Source: Eledone cirrhosa (Eukaryota). From it: DNA of 64,000 nucleotides. Shown here piece by piece: positions 25,438-40,467 of the stretch. How positions within the stretch are numbered: the first letter of the stretch is position 1; each line of letters starts with the position of its first letter. The notes beneath the pieces are model-generated. The model was not told the origin of the DNA, did not search any database, and was given only the letters and a program-made list of their open reading frames with translations. The stretch lies in assembly GCA_964016885.1 (NCBI GenBank), contig OZ024766.1:16492001-16556000 (forward strand), read 5' to 3'. The position numbers and the translations under genes were made by a program.

Positions 25438-26790
25438 TTATGGTTTCTTACCTGTATGGGTATATTTGTGTTTAGTTAAACTACTTAATTGAGAGAATGA
25501 TTTACCACAAATATCACAGTGATATGGCTTCTCACCTGTATGGGTAAGTATGTGGCTAGTTAAGCTACCACTTTCAGAGAATGATTTACCACAGGTATCA
25601 CAGTGATATGGCTTCTCTCCTGTATGTATATGTTTGTGCCTAGTTAAGGCAGGACTTTGAGAGAATGTTTTACCACAGATATCACAGTGATATGGCTTCT
25701 CTCCTGTATGGGTACGTTTGTGGCTAGTTAAGCTACCACTATCAGAGAATGATATACCACAGATATCACAGTGATATGGCTTGTCTCCAGTATGTGTACG
25801 CTTGTGTCTAGTTAAGGTACCACTTTCAGAGAATGATTTACCACAGATATCACAGTGATATGGCTTGTCTACTGTATGTACACGTTTGTGTCTAGTTAAT
25901 TTACTATTAACAAAGAATGATTTACCACAGTGATATGGCTTCTCTACTGTATGTATGCATTTGTGTCTAGTTAAGTGACCACTTTGAGAGAATGATTTAC
26001 CACAGATATCACAGTGATATGGCTTGTCACCTGTATGGGTACGTTCGTGTCTAGTTAATATAATACTTAGAGAGAATGATTTACCACAGATATCACAGGG
26101 ATATGGTTTGTCACCTGTATGTGTACGTTTGTGTCTAGTTAAGGTACCACTTTCAGAAAATGATTTACCACAGATATCACAGTGATATGGCTTGTCTACT
26201 GTATGTATACGTTTGTGTCTAGTTAATTTACTATTAACAAAGAATGATTTACCACAGATATCACAGTGATATGGCTTGTCTCCTGTATGGGTACGTATGT
26301 GACAAGTTAATATACTACTTAGAGAGAATGATTTACCACAGACATCACAGTGATATGGTTTGTCACCTGTATGTATACGCATGTGGCTAGTTAAATTACT
26401 ACTTTGAGAGAATGATTTACCACAGATATCACATTGGTATGGCTTCTCTCCTGTATGTGTACGTTTGTGGCTTGTTAAATTACCATTAACAAAGAATGAT
26501 TTACCACAGATATCACAGTGATATGGCTTCTCTACTGTATGTATACGTTTGTGTCTAGTTAAGGTACCACTTTCAGAGAATGATTTACCACAGATATCAC
26601 AGTTATATGGCTTCTCTCCTGAATGGGTACGTTTGTGACTAGTTAATTTACTCCTAACAGAGAATGATTTACCACAGACATCACAGTGATATGGCTTCTC
26701 TCCTCTATCCTTTGACATCTCTTCTGTAATAGCCATATCTTTAGACATTGTTTCACATTTAATCTTCTTTTCACTCAATATATTTTCCAT
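25438..26790 (-). CDS. C2H2 zinc-finger protein 3 (450 aa, 15 repeats, one defective)
   Basis: Intact ORF; one repeat reads PYHCGKSFF (9-bp in-frame deletion). Confidence 0.92.
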   Translation of the reverse strand: MENILSEKKIKCETMSKDMAITEEMSKDRGEKPYHCDVCGKSFSVRSKLTSHKRTHSGEKPYNCDICGKSFSESGTLTRHKRIHTVEKPYHCDICGKSFFVNGNLTSHKRTHTGEKPYQCDICGKSFSQSSNLTSHMRIHTGDKPYHCDVCGKSFSLSSILTCHIRTHTGDKPYHCDICGKSFFVNSKLTRHKRIHTVDKPYHCDICGKSFSESGTLTRHKRTHTGDKPYPCDICGKSFSLSIILTRHERTHTGDKPYHCDICGKSFSQSGHLTRHKCIHTVEKPYHCGKSFFVNSKLTRHKRVHTVDKPYHCDICGKSFSESGTLTRHKRTHTGDKPYHCDICGISFSDSGSLTSHKRTHTGEKPYHCDICGKTFSQSPALTRHKHIHTGEKPYHCDTCGKSFSESGSLTSHILTHTGEKPYHCDICGKSFSQLSSLTKHKYTHTGKKP

Positions 26791-27171
26791 AATAATTCTT
26801 CTTCCCTTGGCAGAATTTACAGATGTTATTCTTTAATATTTTTCATATCATATTCCTAAAAAATATTTCTTCTGTTATATTTCCCTCAATTATGATCTCA
26901 GTTAATACCTGAAGATGATGCAAACTTCTTTGTCATTGAAGTTGAGTTAAAATACAAAATATACCTCTCATATATATACCACACAGTGAAGAAAAGGAAA
27001 TTTTGTCTTTAAACTCAGTTCTGAGGAAATATATCACAGTAATTCTGATAGATTTATATAAACAGTGTTATATAAGTTCTGTTTAACAAGTTTTAATCTT
27101 CAAATGATGATAAATAGAGGTGGTGTATCCAAGATTGAAAATAATAATTTATCCTAATGTCATCTGATATT

Positions 27172-29087
27172 CTAAAATGAAAAAGAAACAGTATGAGATA
27201 ATAGAGAATACTTAAGAAGCAGAGATAGATTTAACAGTGGAAATTTTACATCTATAAACCCTGGAAACTTTTTATTGAAAATTCAAATTATTTTAGTTTT
27301 TAATTAGTTACAAGAAATCTTTCTCCACACCTGCAACCATGAGTGCATCTGGGGTTCTTTTCTCTTCAGAGAGATGGATCCTCATGAGGTGGAGAGAATA
27401 CTTTGCTGATCTCCCAAACCCGATCACAACAGCATCTTCGGATGTACATGAGGTGAATCTGATAGCGGTGACTAATCTCTCGGAGGCTGGGGTCACAAGA
27501 GCAATTAAAGAGCTCAAATGTGCCCGACTCATGTGTGTCAGATGGCCTGGGTCTCTGAAATGGCACTCAAACAAAGGCAATCGGGAGTGATAATCCCAAT
27601 TTATAAAAAGGGACACACGAGAGATTGTTCCAAATAGAGAGGGATCACATTGTTAAGCCTCCCTGGTAAAGTATATGCTAAGTTTCTGGCAAAGTGATGT
27701 AGCGAGTCCGAGCTAGCTGATGGACAGTGCTGTTTTCTCCCTGGGTGCAACATAACCCACCAAATATTCACACTGTGGCAGGTCTTTGAGAAATCGTGGG
27801 AGTATTGCTAAGAGGTATATATTATCGTTTTATAGACCTTGAAAATGCATATGATCGCATTCTTCAGGACCTGCTGTGCATACAGGAGTTCCCATGGGCA
27901 GCCAGTCTTAAACATCTCTGTTATAGGCTGCAGGACGATAATAACTACGTGAGGGCTAAGAACAGAGCCCTGGTGGACACCAGACTACACTCCAAATTCT
28001 TCACTATAATTGTTTCTATTTTAAACACAAGGCCAGCAATTACCCAGTACATTACTGGTACTTTATTTTATCGACCCCGTATGGATGTAAAGCAAAGTTA
28101 ACCTCAGCTGGATTTGAACTCAGATCATAAAGGGACGTAACTCTGTGCCTCAAAGCATGGTGTCCGACTCTCTACCGATACTGCCACTTCACTATAATGA
28201 ATGTAAATCCTGACATTGCTGACTGCTCTTCTATACGTGGCTTTATGATCCTCTATACAAGACATGTATCAGACGGTTATTCAGCTAGCTCTTTAGAGTA
28301 TTAGAACCTTATTATGTACAGCCACCGAGATCCCACACCAACAGATGTCCCTTCACCATCAAAGCAGTTCCCTGAAATACAGATACTCAACCCCTACTTG
28401 GCTGGCTAAATCAGACATAATTATAATGAAATGAAACCCACAATAAACTAATGTTCAACCATAAGTAGATGAAGATAATTAAATTGTAAGAGATTTAGAC
28501 TAAAATAGACAAAATATTAATTTACTTAAAGCAATAACAAGGTACAGCTAAATATAAAATATATTTTATAATGTACGGTAGTGAACCACATAATTAAATA
28601 GACGGAGGTAATTTAAATAATAAATATATCTTTAACTTACTTAAAGCAATGACAAGGTACAGCTAAATATAAACTGTATTTTATAATGTAAGGTAGCGAA
28701 CAACTTAATTAAATAATAATTATATCTTTAATTTACTTAAAGCAATGACAAGGTACAGCTAAATATAAACTGTATTTTGTAATGTAAGGTAGTGAACAAG
28801 ATAATTAAATAGACGGAGGTAATTTAAATAATAAAGATATCTTTAGCTTACTTAAAACAATAACAAGGTACAGTTAAATATAAACTATATTTTATAATGT
28901 AAGGTAGTGAACAAGATAATTAAATAGACGGAGGTAATTTAAATAATAAAGACAGTCATGATAACAATATATTTTATATCACATGTAACAGTGGAATCTA
29001 GTTAATTACTGAATCGTTGTAAGGTTCACATAATTATATTATTTACACACATTAATATAGACATTAAGTAAATCTTTGTCAACTTAC
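27172..29087 (-). other. Predicted 5'-UTR intron of ZNF gene 3
   Basis: Donor GTAAGT; the acceptor is TAG here versus CAG elsewhere. Confidence 0.6.
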
Positions 29088-29902
29088 CTCCTTCACATAT
29101 AATCAATGTATTGTGTTGTTAGTTGTTACTAAACAACCAAAGAAATAATCTCTTTGTTATCAAATTAGAAGTTTCAATGTTATCAGCTTTATTTCACGAC
29201 ATTAACGTTGGTGTATCTTCTTCATCTTTAGTCATAAATTGATATCTTGTCAGAATGAAGTAGTGAGGCTGACTTTATGTCTTTAGCTACAGATTTGTTG
29301 GAAATATATATATATTAGGTTGATATGTGGTCTAAAATATATATATTGTCTATAAATGACTGAGAGCAGATGTTCTGGTGAAATAGTAGTTTTACTACTA
29401 CAGATTGTAATGGAACTCTTAGTAGACACAATTGTAAAGTAAGAATAGATATGACAGTGTAAGACTGATGTCGGGGAATTAAAATTGTGTGTGTGTATAT
29501 ATATATAATTGTTACACAAGATATAATTAGATTAATTAAAGTTATCACGAAGACAGCAGGTACTCGGTGTCTTAGCGAATGTTTCGACTCTCGTACGGTG
29601 TCAGACGTGACAAGTCCCTGACATAATTTAGTACCTTCACACACATTTCCAGTCGTATTTAATTCTATAGTGATGTGATTTATTAAAAAGAAATGTGATA
29701 ATTGTTTCTACTTTTGGCACAAGGCCAGCAATTACCCTAGTGTATTACTGGTACTATATTTTATCGACCCTGTAATAATTGTTTCTACATTAGGCACAAG
29801 GCCAGCAATACCCCAGTACATTACTGGTACTTTATTTTACCGACCCCGTAGGGATGAAAGGCAAAGCTAACCTCTGAGGGATTAACTTTGCTTTTCATCC
29901 TT

Positions 29903-30290
29903 ATCTCTATACATAGAGAAAATGGACAGAGTGTGTACTTCACTGAAACCACTGCTCATCAGTTGACACCAGCACCACCTGACACTACTCTAACTGCTTT
30001 TTTGAAACACTGCCAGAATAAAGAATTTGTTCGATCCCTCCTATATGCTGACATCCCAAAATACTACACCTGGACCAATTGTAAGACTTGGAATCAAAGG
30101 AAGCAGGGTCATTTAGTGGAAGGGGATGAAGTCAAGGCAAGTGATGCTATTGGGCATGTTTACAATGACCACCCCAACAACAGAGATAGTTTTTATTTAC
30201 AGCCACTTCTGCTTATTGTTCAAGGACCAACGTCATTTGAGGATCTCAGGTGATTTGGTGGAAGAGTGCAGCACATACCAAGAAGCATAC
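29903..30290 (+). mobile_element. Helitron RepHel fragment, 5' part
   Basis: ORF 29888..30253, same motifs. Confidence 0.85.
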
Positions 30291-31191
30291 TATGGACACC
30301 TGTATGACAACTGACATTGGAAGAAGAGACAAGAAGGAGCAGTCACTGGAGTAGCCAGTTAAATAAGACAGCCATGGACACCTGTATGACAACTGACATT
30401 GGAAGAAGAGACTAGAAGGAGCAGTCACTGGAGTAGCCAGTTAAATAAGACAGCCATGGACACCTGTATGACAACTGACATTGGAAGAAGAGACTACAAG
30501 GAGCAGTCACGGGAGTAGCCAGTTAAATAAGATAGCCATGGACTCCTGTATGACAACTGACATTGGAAGAATGGACTAGAAGGAGCAGTCACTGGAATAG
30601 CCAGTTAAATAAGACAGCCATGGACACCTGTATGACAACTGACATTGGAAGAAGAGACGAGAAGGAGCAGTCACTGGAGTAGCCAGTTAAATAAGACAGC
30701 CATGGACTCCTGTATGACAACTGACATTGGAAAGAGAGACTAGAAGGAGCAGTCACTGGAGTGGCCAGTTAAATAAGACAGCCATGGACACATGTATGAC
30801 AACTGACATTGGAAGAAGGGACTAGAAGGAGCAGTCACTGGAGTAGCCAGTTAAATAAGACAGCCATGGACACCTGTATGACAACTGACATTGGAAGAAG
30901 GGACTAGAAGGAGCAGACACTGGAGTAGCCAGTTAAATAAGACAGCCATGGACACCTGTATGACAACTGACATTGGAAGAAGGGACTAGAAGGAGCAGTC
31001 ACTGGAGTAGCCAGTTAAATAAGACAGCCATGGACTCCTGTATGACAACTGACATTGGAAGAAGAGACTAGAAGGAGCAGTCACTGGAGTGGCCAGTTAA
31101 ATAAGACAGCCATGGGCACCTGTATGACAACTAACATTGGAAGAAGGGACTAGAAGGAGCAGTCACTGGAGTAGCCAGTTAAATAAGACAG
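30291..31191 (+). repeat. 82-bp satellite array (~11 monomers)
   Basis: Same monomer. Confidence 0.95.
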
Positions 31192-31550
31192 TTGTTTGCT
31201 ACTATACTCACAGCATCTGGAATAAATCTCATCTACCCTGGCAGGAATACAAAAACAATATGTCAGACGACTATCTACACCTAGCCCAAAGATGTTATAG
31301 CAATATTTATGTGGAATCTACCTCCAGGATTTACAATCAATCTCTGTGCAACCTGTCCCATTGAATTCCAGCAATGAATAGCAATGCGGGATGCCAGAGC
31401 CAGAAGAAATTGAGGTAATACAATCAGTTTTTCAGGAGACAAACCATGATATTGAAGTGTTGCGTAAGTTTGTTGATGAAAATAAACCTTGACTGGTGGA
31501 TGACCAGAAATATGCCGACCACAACATCATGAAAAACATTCAACATGACA
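31192..31550 (+). mobile_element. Helitron RepHel fragment, 3' part
   Basis: Homologous to 13913-14260. Confidence 0.8.
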
Positions 31551-31905
31551 GTACCCAGTACTCACTGTAAGTGAGGTTGGCGTTAAGACGGGCATCCATC
31601 TGTAGAAATCAAGCCAGAATCAGTTCCCGTCCCACCCTTGCAAGCAGGGAGAAAGCGGACGTGAAATGAAATGATGATGAATGATGATGTCCCTCCCATA
31701 TTTTCAATAATGTCACTTTGACGAACCAAAAGATAAATAACAGAAAAACAGACCCTAAAATATATTTTCCGTGCTATTTCCAACTTCACCTTTTCTCTAT
31801 ATATAGAGAGAGCGCGAGGAGAATTTGTCATGTCTTCATTACATAGGTGCTATTTTAAATAAACATCTTTTAACGGTCTGTTCTGCTATATTTTACTTTT
31901 CCACG

Positions 31906-31945
<40 letters not shown>

Positions 31946-32899
31946 AACTAGAAATTGATTGACATATAAATAAACATATGAAACAATCACAGGGGATAAT
32001 TTGTAAAAGTGTGTAAGCACACATAGCTAGGTAGGTAACTAAATAAAGTTTAACTAGAACTTCAAAGATAGATACCTTAGAAAATGATTAATCTTCCTTG
32101 TATATATTCCATTAAAGAAATATATTTCACCAATTAATCGATTGGTAAACGACAGTAGCCAGATCTTGGATTCTCAACAAGGAAGAAGTCCAACCATCTG
32201 TGTTTACGCATCAAGTTCAAATCAGCGACTGACCAGTAACACGTGCTGTCTACTAAAAATACACACATCATACCAGCTTCGTCCCAGTTGCGTGAATAGG
32301 GTTATTGACAACTAGAAACAGCAGTCAGGTCCTTTCAACAGAGTTAGCTCTACAATTAAGAGGCCCTATTTATATATATATATATCCAAAATTAAGATAA
32401 ATTAAAATGAAATTAATCTGAATCGTATCATGGGTGTCATGCCAATAAGACAGGCGCCATATCGCTCATAAAATAAGCTCCATGGACCTTATTTTACGAG
32501 TGATATGGCACATGTCTTTCTGTCATGAAACCCATAATTTGATATAGATTAATTTTATTTATCTTAATTTTGGATATATATATATATATACAGAGAAAGA
32601 GAAGAGTAGACAAACAGACAATGACAAAGAAGAGGAATTAACCCCACACCCCCAGTATTTCACTGGTATTTCATTTATTGACCTCAAAATAACGAAGCAA
32701 CTTTACCTCAGTGGGATTTGTACTCTGAGAACTAGAACAGACACTGAAAATACATCAAGATGTGCACACACGTATATAAGAACACATAAACATACACATA
32801 CATATACACACACATATATACACAAATAAAGATAGTCATTTTCATGGACAGAAATTTCTACACACTGACATATACACTCATACATATGTATATATATAT

Positions 32900-33022
32900 A
32901 TAGGAAAATGTTTAACCCCGACGGCAGAGCTCAAGCCATTTCGACGGTTATTTCTGGACTGTTTCCAGAAATAGCAGTCGAAACAGATTGAGCTCTGCCG
33001 TCGGGGTTAAACATTTTCCTAT
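32900..33022. repeat. Palindrome A, copy 4
   Basis: Same fold-back sequence. Confidence 0.85.
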
Positions 33023-33784
33023 TACCCGCTCTACTACCCTAAGTATTGAGTACTCTGGTGCGTATATGGTCCATCTGGTTCTTTACCACACCTCCTTTGT
33101 TATATATATATATAAAATCATAAGAAACGAAAGGAGTTGTGTGGTTACTGTAAACAAAGTTTAAGATGGTAATATGGATGAAAGGAGAGAAGAAACCCTT
33201 CATCAGCTGTAAACCGAGATCATAGATGTTTTGGCACATATATATATATAGTGTTTGTAAATTCTGTACCATACAGATTTGTCAGCATAAGTCTTGGTTA
33301 CAACTTCTACAAATAAAATGAAAGGAGAATAATTTCAGAACAAACAAGTTTTATTCAAAACATTAACAACATTGGTGGCACTATTTTGGGTGAGTGATAT
33401 GGTTTTTATCTTGTCTGATTGTGTTTGTGTTCCATTAAGTAACCTTATGTTGGTACCACAACATTTAGAAAATGATTTACCACAGACAACACAGTGATAT
33501 GGTTCCTCTCCTGTATATGTTAGTGTCTAGTAAAGTCACAACATTTAGAGAAGGATTTATCACAGACATCACAGTGATATGGTTCCTCTCCTGTATATGT
33601 TAGTGTCTAGTGAAGCCACATTTAGAGAAGGATTTACTGCAGATATCACAGTGATATGGTTCCTCTCCTGTATATGTTAGTGTGTAGGGAAGCCACAACA
33701 TTTAGAGAATGATTTACTGCAGATATCACAACGATATGGTTCCTTTTCTTTAAATGTTAGTGCTGAGTGAAGTGACTTATTTCA

Positions 33785-33919
<135 letters not shown>

Positions 33920-34056
33920 TTATGTTTGTATGTAGTTAATGTAGCAATACAAGAGAATAATTTCTCCGCAATATCACAGTTGTATGACTTCTCACTCATA
34001 TGAATGTATTTGTGTCTAATTAATTTACAATTTTGAGACAATGAGATATGACTTTG

Positions 34057-35838
34057 TTATGGTTTCTTACCTGTATGGGTATATTTGTGTTTAGTTAAAC
34101 TACTTAATTGAGAGAATGATTTACTACAGATATCACAGTGATGTGGCTTCTCACCTGTATGGATACGTAAGTGTTGAGTTAAGTAACTTCTTCGAGAGAA
34201 TGATTTACCACAGATATGACAGTGATATGGCTTCTCTCCTGTATGAGTACGTATGTGAGAATTTATATTACTACTAAAAGAGAATGATTTACCACAGATA
34301 TCACAGTGATATGGTTTCTCTACTGTATGTATACGTTTGTGTGTAGTTAAGTTACCACTTCTAGAGAATGATTTACCACAGATATCACAGTGATATGGCT
34401 TGTCACCTGTATGGGTACGGATGTGATAAGTTAATATACTACTTAGAGAGAATGATTGACCACAGATATCACAGCGATATGGTTTCTCTCCTGTATGTAT
34501 ACTTTTGTGACTAGTTAAATTACTATTAACAAAGAATGATTTACCACAGATATCACAGTGATAAGGCTTGTCTCCTGTATGAGTACGTATGTGAGAAGTT
34601 AAATTACTACTAAAAGAGAATGATTTACCACAGATATCACAGTGATATGGCTTCTCTCCTGTATGTATATGTTTGTGTGTAGTTAAATGACTACTTCGAG
34701 AGAATGAATTACCACAGATATCACAGTGATATGGTTTCTCTCCTGTATGTATACGTTTGTGTCTAGTTAAGCTACCACTTTCAGAGAATGATTTACCACA
34801 GATATCACAGTGATATGGCTTCTCACCTGTATGTGTACGTTTGTGTCTAGTTAATTCACTATTAACAAAGAATGATTTACCACAGATATCACAGCGATAT
34901 GGTTTCTCACCTATATGTATAAGCATGTGGTTAGTTAATATACTACTTTTAGAGAATGATTTACCACAGATATCACAGTTATATGGTTTGTTTCCTGTAT
35001 GGGTACTTTTGTGGCTAGTTAAGGTATCACTGTGAGAGAATGATTTACCACAGACATCACAGTGATATGGCTTATCACCTGTATGGGTACGGATGTGACA
35101 AGTTAATATACTACTTCGAGAGAATGATTTACCACAGATATCACAGTGATATGGTTTGTCACCTATATGTATACGCACGTGGCTAGTTAAATTACTCCTA
35201 AAAGAGAATGATTTACTACAGATATCACAGTGATATGGCTTCTCACCTGTATGTGTACGTTTGTGTCTAGTTAATGCACTATTAACAAAGAATGATTTAC
35301 CACAGATATCACAGTGATATGGCTTCTCACCTGTATGTATACGCATGTGGCTATTTAAATTACCATTAACAAAGAATGATTTACCACAGATATCACAGTG
35401 ATATGGCTTCTCTCCTGTATGTGTACGTTTGTGGCTAGTTAAGGTACTACTTTGAGAGAATGATTCACCACAGATATCACAGTGATATGGCTTCTCACCT
35501 GTATGTATACGCATGTGGCTAGTTAATTTACTATTAACAAAGAATGATTTACCACAGACATCACAGTGATATGGCTTCTCTACTGTATGTGTACGTTTGT
35601 GGCTTGTTAAATTACCATTAACAAAGAATGATTTACCACAGATATCACAGTGATATGGCTTCTCTACTGTATGTATACGTTTGTGACTAGTTAATTTACT
35701 ACTTTCAGAGAATGATTTACCACAAACATCACAGTCATATGGCTTCTCTCCTCTATCCTTTGACATCTCTTCTGTAATAGCCATATCTTTAGACATTGTT
35801 TCACATTTAATCTTCTTTTCACTCAATTTATTTTCCAT
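34057..35838 (-). CDS. C2H2 zinc-finger protein 4 (593 aa, 20 fingers)
   Basis: Leader plus 20 x 28 aa; intact. Confidence 0.93.
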   Translation of the reverse strand: MENKLSEKKIKCETMSKDMAITEEMSKDRGEKPYDCDVCGKSFSESSKLTSHKRIHTVEKPYHCDICGKSFFVNGNLTSHKRTHTVEKPYHCDVCGKSFFVNSKLTSHMRIHTGEKPYHCDICGESFSQSSTLTSHKRTHTGEKPYHCDICGKSFFVNGNLNSHMRIHTGEKPYHCDICGKSFFVNSALTRHKRTHTGEKPYHCDICSKSFSFRSNLTSHVRIHIGDKPYHCDICGKSFSRSSILTCHIRTHTGDKPYHCDVCGKSFSHSDTLTSHKSTHTGNKPYNCDICGKSFSKSSILTNHMLIHIGEKPYRCDICGKSFFVNSELTRHKRTHTGEKPYHCDICGKSFSESGSLTRHKRIHTGEKPYHCDICGNSFSRSSHLTTHKHIHTGEKPYHCDICGKSFSFSSNLTSHIRTHTGDKPYHCDICGKSFFVNSNLTSHKSIHTGEKPYRCDICGQSFSLSSILTYHIRTHTGDKPYHCDICGKSFSRSGNLTTHKRIHTVEKPYHCDICGKSFSFSSNINSHIRTHTGEKPYHCHICGKSFSRRSYLTQHLRIHTGEKPHHCDICSKSFSQLSSLTKHKYTHTGKKP

Positions 35839-36212
35839 AATAATTCTTCTACCCTTGGCAGAATTTACAGATGTTATTCTTTAATATTTTTTTTCCTAAA
35901 AAATATTATTTCTGTTATATTTCCCTCAATTATGATCTCAGTTAATACCTGAAGATGATGCAAACTTCTTTGTCATTGAAGCTGAGTTAAAATACAAAAT
36001 ATATCTCTCATATATATATACCACACAGTGAAGAAAAGGAATTTTGTCTTTAAACTCAGTTCTGAGGAAATATATCACAGTAATTCTGATAGATTTATAT
36101 AAACAGTGTTATATAAGTTCTATTTAAAAAGTTTTAATCTTCAAATGATGATAAATAGAGGTGATGTATCCAAGATTAAAAATAATAATTTATCCTAATG
36201 TCATCTGATATT

Positions 36213-37908
36213 CTGAAATGAAAAAGAAACAGTATGAGATAATAGAGAATAGTTAAGAAGCAGAGATAGATTTAACAGTGGAAATTTTACATCTATAAAC
36301 CCTGGAAACTTTTTATTGAAAAATCAAATTATTTTAGTTTTTAATTAGTTACAAGAAATCTTTCTCCACACCTGCAACCATGAGTGTATCTGGGGTTCTT
36401 TTCTCTTCAGAGAGATGGATCCTCATGAGGTGGAGAGAATACTTTGCTGATCTCCCAAACCCGATCACAACAGCATCTTCGGATGTACATGAGGTGAATC
36501 TGATAGCGGTGACTAATCTCTCGGAGGCTGAGGTCACAAGAGCAATTAAAGAGCTCAAATGTGACCTACTCATGTGTGTCAGATGGCCTGGGTCTCTGAA
36601 ATGGCACTCAAGCAAAGGCAATCGGGAGTGATAATCCCAATTTATAAAAAGGGACACACGAGAGATTGTTCCAAATAGAGAGGGATCACCTTGTTAAGAC
36701 TCCCTGGTAAAGTATATGCAAAGTTTCTGGCAAAGTGATGTAGCGAGTCGAAGCTAGCTGATGGACAGTGCTGTTTGCTCCCTGGGTGCAACATAACCCA
36801 CCAAATATTCACACTGTGGCAGCTCTTTGAGAAATCGTGGGAGTATTGCTAAGAGGTATATATTATCGTTTTATAGACCTGGAAAATGCACATGACAGCA
36901 TTCTTCAGGACCTGCTGAGCATACAGGAGTTCCCATGGGCAGCCAGTCTTAAACATCTCTGTTATAGGCTGCAGGACGATAATAACTAAGTGAGGGCTAA
37001 GAACAGAGCCCTGGTGGACACCAGACTACACTCCAAATTATTCACTATAATCGTTTCTATTTTAAACACAAGGCCAGCAATTAACCAGTACATTACTGGT
37101 ACTTTATTTTATCGACCCCGTATGGATGTAAGGCAAAGTTAACCTCGGCGGGATTTGAACTCAGATCATAAAGGGACGTAACTCTGTGCCTCAAAGCATG
37201 GTGTCCGACTCTCTACCGATACTGCCACTTCACTATAATGAATGTTAATCCTGACATTGCTGACTGCTCTTCTATACATGGCTTTATGATCCTCTATACA
37301 AGACATGTATCAGACGGTTATTCAGCTAGCTCTTTAGAGTATTAGAACCTTATTATGTACAGCCACCGAGATCCCACACCAACAGATGTCCCTTCACCAT
37401 CAAAGCAGTTCCCTGAAATACTCAACCCCTACTTGGCTGGCTAACTCAGACATAATTATAATGAAATGAAACCCACAATAAAGTAATGTTCAACCATAAG
37501 TAGATGAAGTTAATTAAATTGTAAGAGATTTAGACTAAAATAGACAAAATATTAATTTACTTAAAGCAACAACAAGGTACAGCTAAATATAAAATATATT
37601 TTATAATGTACGGTAGTGAACCACATAATTAAATAGACGGAGGTAATTTAAATAATAAATATAGCTTTAACTTACTTAAAGCAATAACAAGGTACAGCTA
37701 AATATAAACTATATTTTATAATGTACGGTAGTGAATAAGATAATTAAATAGACGGAGGTAATTTAAATAATAAAGACAGTCATAACAATATATTTTATGT
37801 CACATGTAACAGTGGAATCTGGTTAATTACTGGTGCGTTGTAGGGGTCACATAATTATATTATTTACACACATTAATATAGACATTAAGTAAATCTTTGT
37901 CAACTTAC
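36213..37908 (-). other. Predicted 5'-UTR intron of ZNF gene 4
   Basis: Conserved donor, acceptor and TE content. Confidence 0.6.
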
Positions 37909-38797
37909 CTCCTTCACATATAATCAATGTATTGTGTTGTTAGTTGTTACTAAACAACCAAAGAAATAATCTCTTTGTTATCAAATTAGAAGTTCCAATG
38001 TTATCAGCTTTATTTCACGACATTAACGTTGGTGTATCTTCTTCATCTTTAGTCATAAATTGATATCTTGTCAGACTGAAGTAGTGAGACTGACTTTATG
38101 TCTTTAGCTACAGATTTGATAGGAAATATATATATTAGGTTGATATGTGGTCTAAAATATATATATTGTCTATAAATTACTGATAGCAGATGTTCTGGTG
38201 AAATAGTAGTTTTACTACTACAGATTGTAATGGAACTCTTAGTAAACACAATTGTAAAGTAAGAATATATATGACAGTGTAAGACTGATGTCGGGGAATT
38301 AATATTGTGTGTGTATATATATATAATTGTTACACAAGATATAATTAGATTAATTAAAGTTATAACGAAGACAGCAGGTACTCGGTGTCTTAGCGAATGT
38401 TTCGACTCTTGTACGGTGTCAAACGTGACAAGTCCCTGACATAATTTAGTACCTTCACACACGTTTCCAGTCGTATTTAATTCTATAGTGATGTGATTTA
38501 TTAAAAAGAAATGTGATAATTGTTTCTACTTTTGGCACAAGGCCAGCAATTACCCTAGTGTATTACTGGTACTTTATTTTATCGACCCCGTAATAATTGT
38601 TTCTACTTTAGGCACAAGGCCAGTAAATACGCTAGTGAATTACTGGTACTTTATTTTATCAACCCCGTAATAATTGTTTCTACATTAGGCACAAGGCCAG
38701 CAATACCCCAGTACATTACTGGTACTTTATTTTATCGAACCCGTAGGGATGAAAGGCAAAGCTAACCTCTGAGGGATTAACTTTGCTTTTCATCCTT

Positions 38798-39210
38798 ATC
38801 TCTATACATATAGAAAATGGACAGAGTGTGTACTTCACTGAAACCACTGCTCATCAGTTGACACCAGCACCACCTGACACTACTCTAACTGCATTTTTGA
38901 AACACTGCCAGAATAAAGAATTTGTTCGATCCCTCCTATATGCTGACATCCCAAAATACTACACCTGGACCTATTGTAAGACTTGGAATCAAAGGAAGCA
39001 GGGTCATTTAGTGGAAGGTGATGAAGTCAAGGCAAGTGATGCTATTGGGCATGTTTACAATGACCACCCCAACAACAGAGAGAGTTTTTATTTACAGCCA
39101 CTTCTGCATATTGTTCAAGGACCAACGTCAATTGAGGATCTCAGGTGATTTGGTGGGAGAGTGCAGCAAATAACAAGAAGCATCTAAAGAACATCAAATT
39201 CTGCATGGCA
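38798..39210 (+). mobile_element. Helitron RepHel fragment, 5' part; satellite and 3' part absent
   Basis: ORF 38783..39148; ctgcatggca joins attaatcttcc directly. Confidence 0.85.
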
Positions 39211-40030
39211 ATTAATCTTCCTTGTATATATTCCATTAAAGAAATATATTTCACCAATTAATCGATTGGTAAACGACAGTAGCCAGATCTTGGATTCTCA
39301 ACAAGGAAGAAGTCCAACCATCTGTGTTTACGCGTCAAGTTCAAATCAGCGACTGACCAGTAACACGTGCTGTATCTACTAAAAATACACACAACATACC
39401 AGCTTCGTCCCAGTGGCGTGAATAGGGTTATTGACAACTAGAAACAGCAGTCAGGTCCTTTCAACAGAGTTAGCTCTACAATTAAGAGGCCGTACTTATA
39501 TATATATTTCCAAAATTAAGATAAATTAAAATAAAATTAATCTAAATCAAATTATGGGTGTAATGCCAGAAAGACATGCGCCATATCACCCGTAAAATAA
39601 GCTCCATGGAGCTTATTTTACGGGTGATATGTCACATGTCTTTCTGGCATGACTCCCATAATTTGATTTACATTAATTTTATTTTAATTTATCTTAATTT
39701 TGGATATATATATATAAATACAGAGAAAGAGAAGAGTAGACAAACAGACAATGACAAAGGAGAGGAATTAACCACCCCAGTATTTCACTGGTATTTCATT
39801 TATTGGCCTCAAAATATCGAAGCAAATTTACCTCAGTAGGATTTGTACTCTGAGAACTAGAACAGACACTGAAAATATATCAAGATGTGCACACATGTAT
39901 ATAAGAAAACATATAAACATACACATACATATATACACACACACATATACACAAATACAGATAATCATTTTCATGGACAGAAACTTCTACACACTGACAT
40001 ATACACTCATACATATATATATATATATAT

Positions 40031-40153
40031 ATAGGAAAATGTTTAACCCCGACGGCAGAGCTCAAGCCATTTCGACGGTTATTTCTGGACTGTTTCCAGA
40101 AATAGCCGTCGAAACGGATTGAGCTCTGCCGTCGGGGTTAAACATTTTCCTAT
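40031..40153. repeat. Palindrome A, copy 5
   Basis: Same fold-back sequence. Confidence 0.85.
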
Positions 40154-40467
40154 TACCCGCTCCACTACCGTAAGTATTGAGTACTCTGGTGCGTATATGG
40201 TCCATCTGGTTCTTTACCACACCTCCTTAGTTATATATATATATAAAATCATAAGAAACGAAAGGAGCTGTGTGGTTACTGTAAACAAAGTTTAAGATGG
40301 TAATATGGATGAAAGGAGAGAAGAAACCCTTCATCACCTGTAAACCGAGATCATAGATGTTTTGGCACATATATATATATACAGTGTTTGTAAATTCTGT
40401 ACCATACAGATTTGTCAGCATAAGTCTTGGTTACAACTTCTACAAATAAAATGAAAGGAGAATAATT

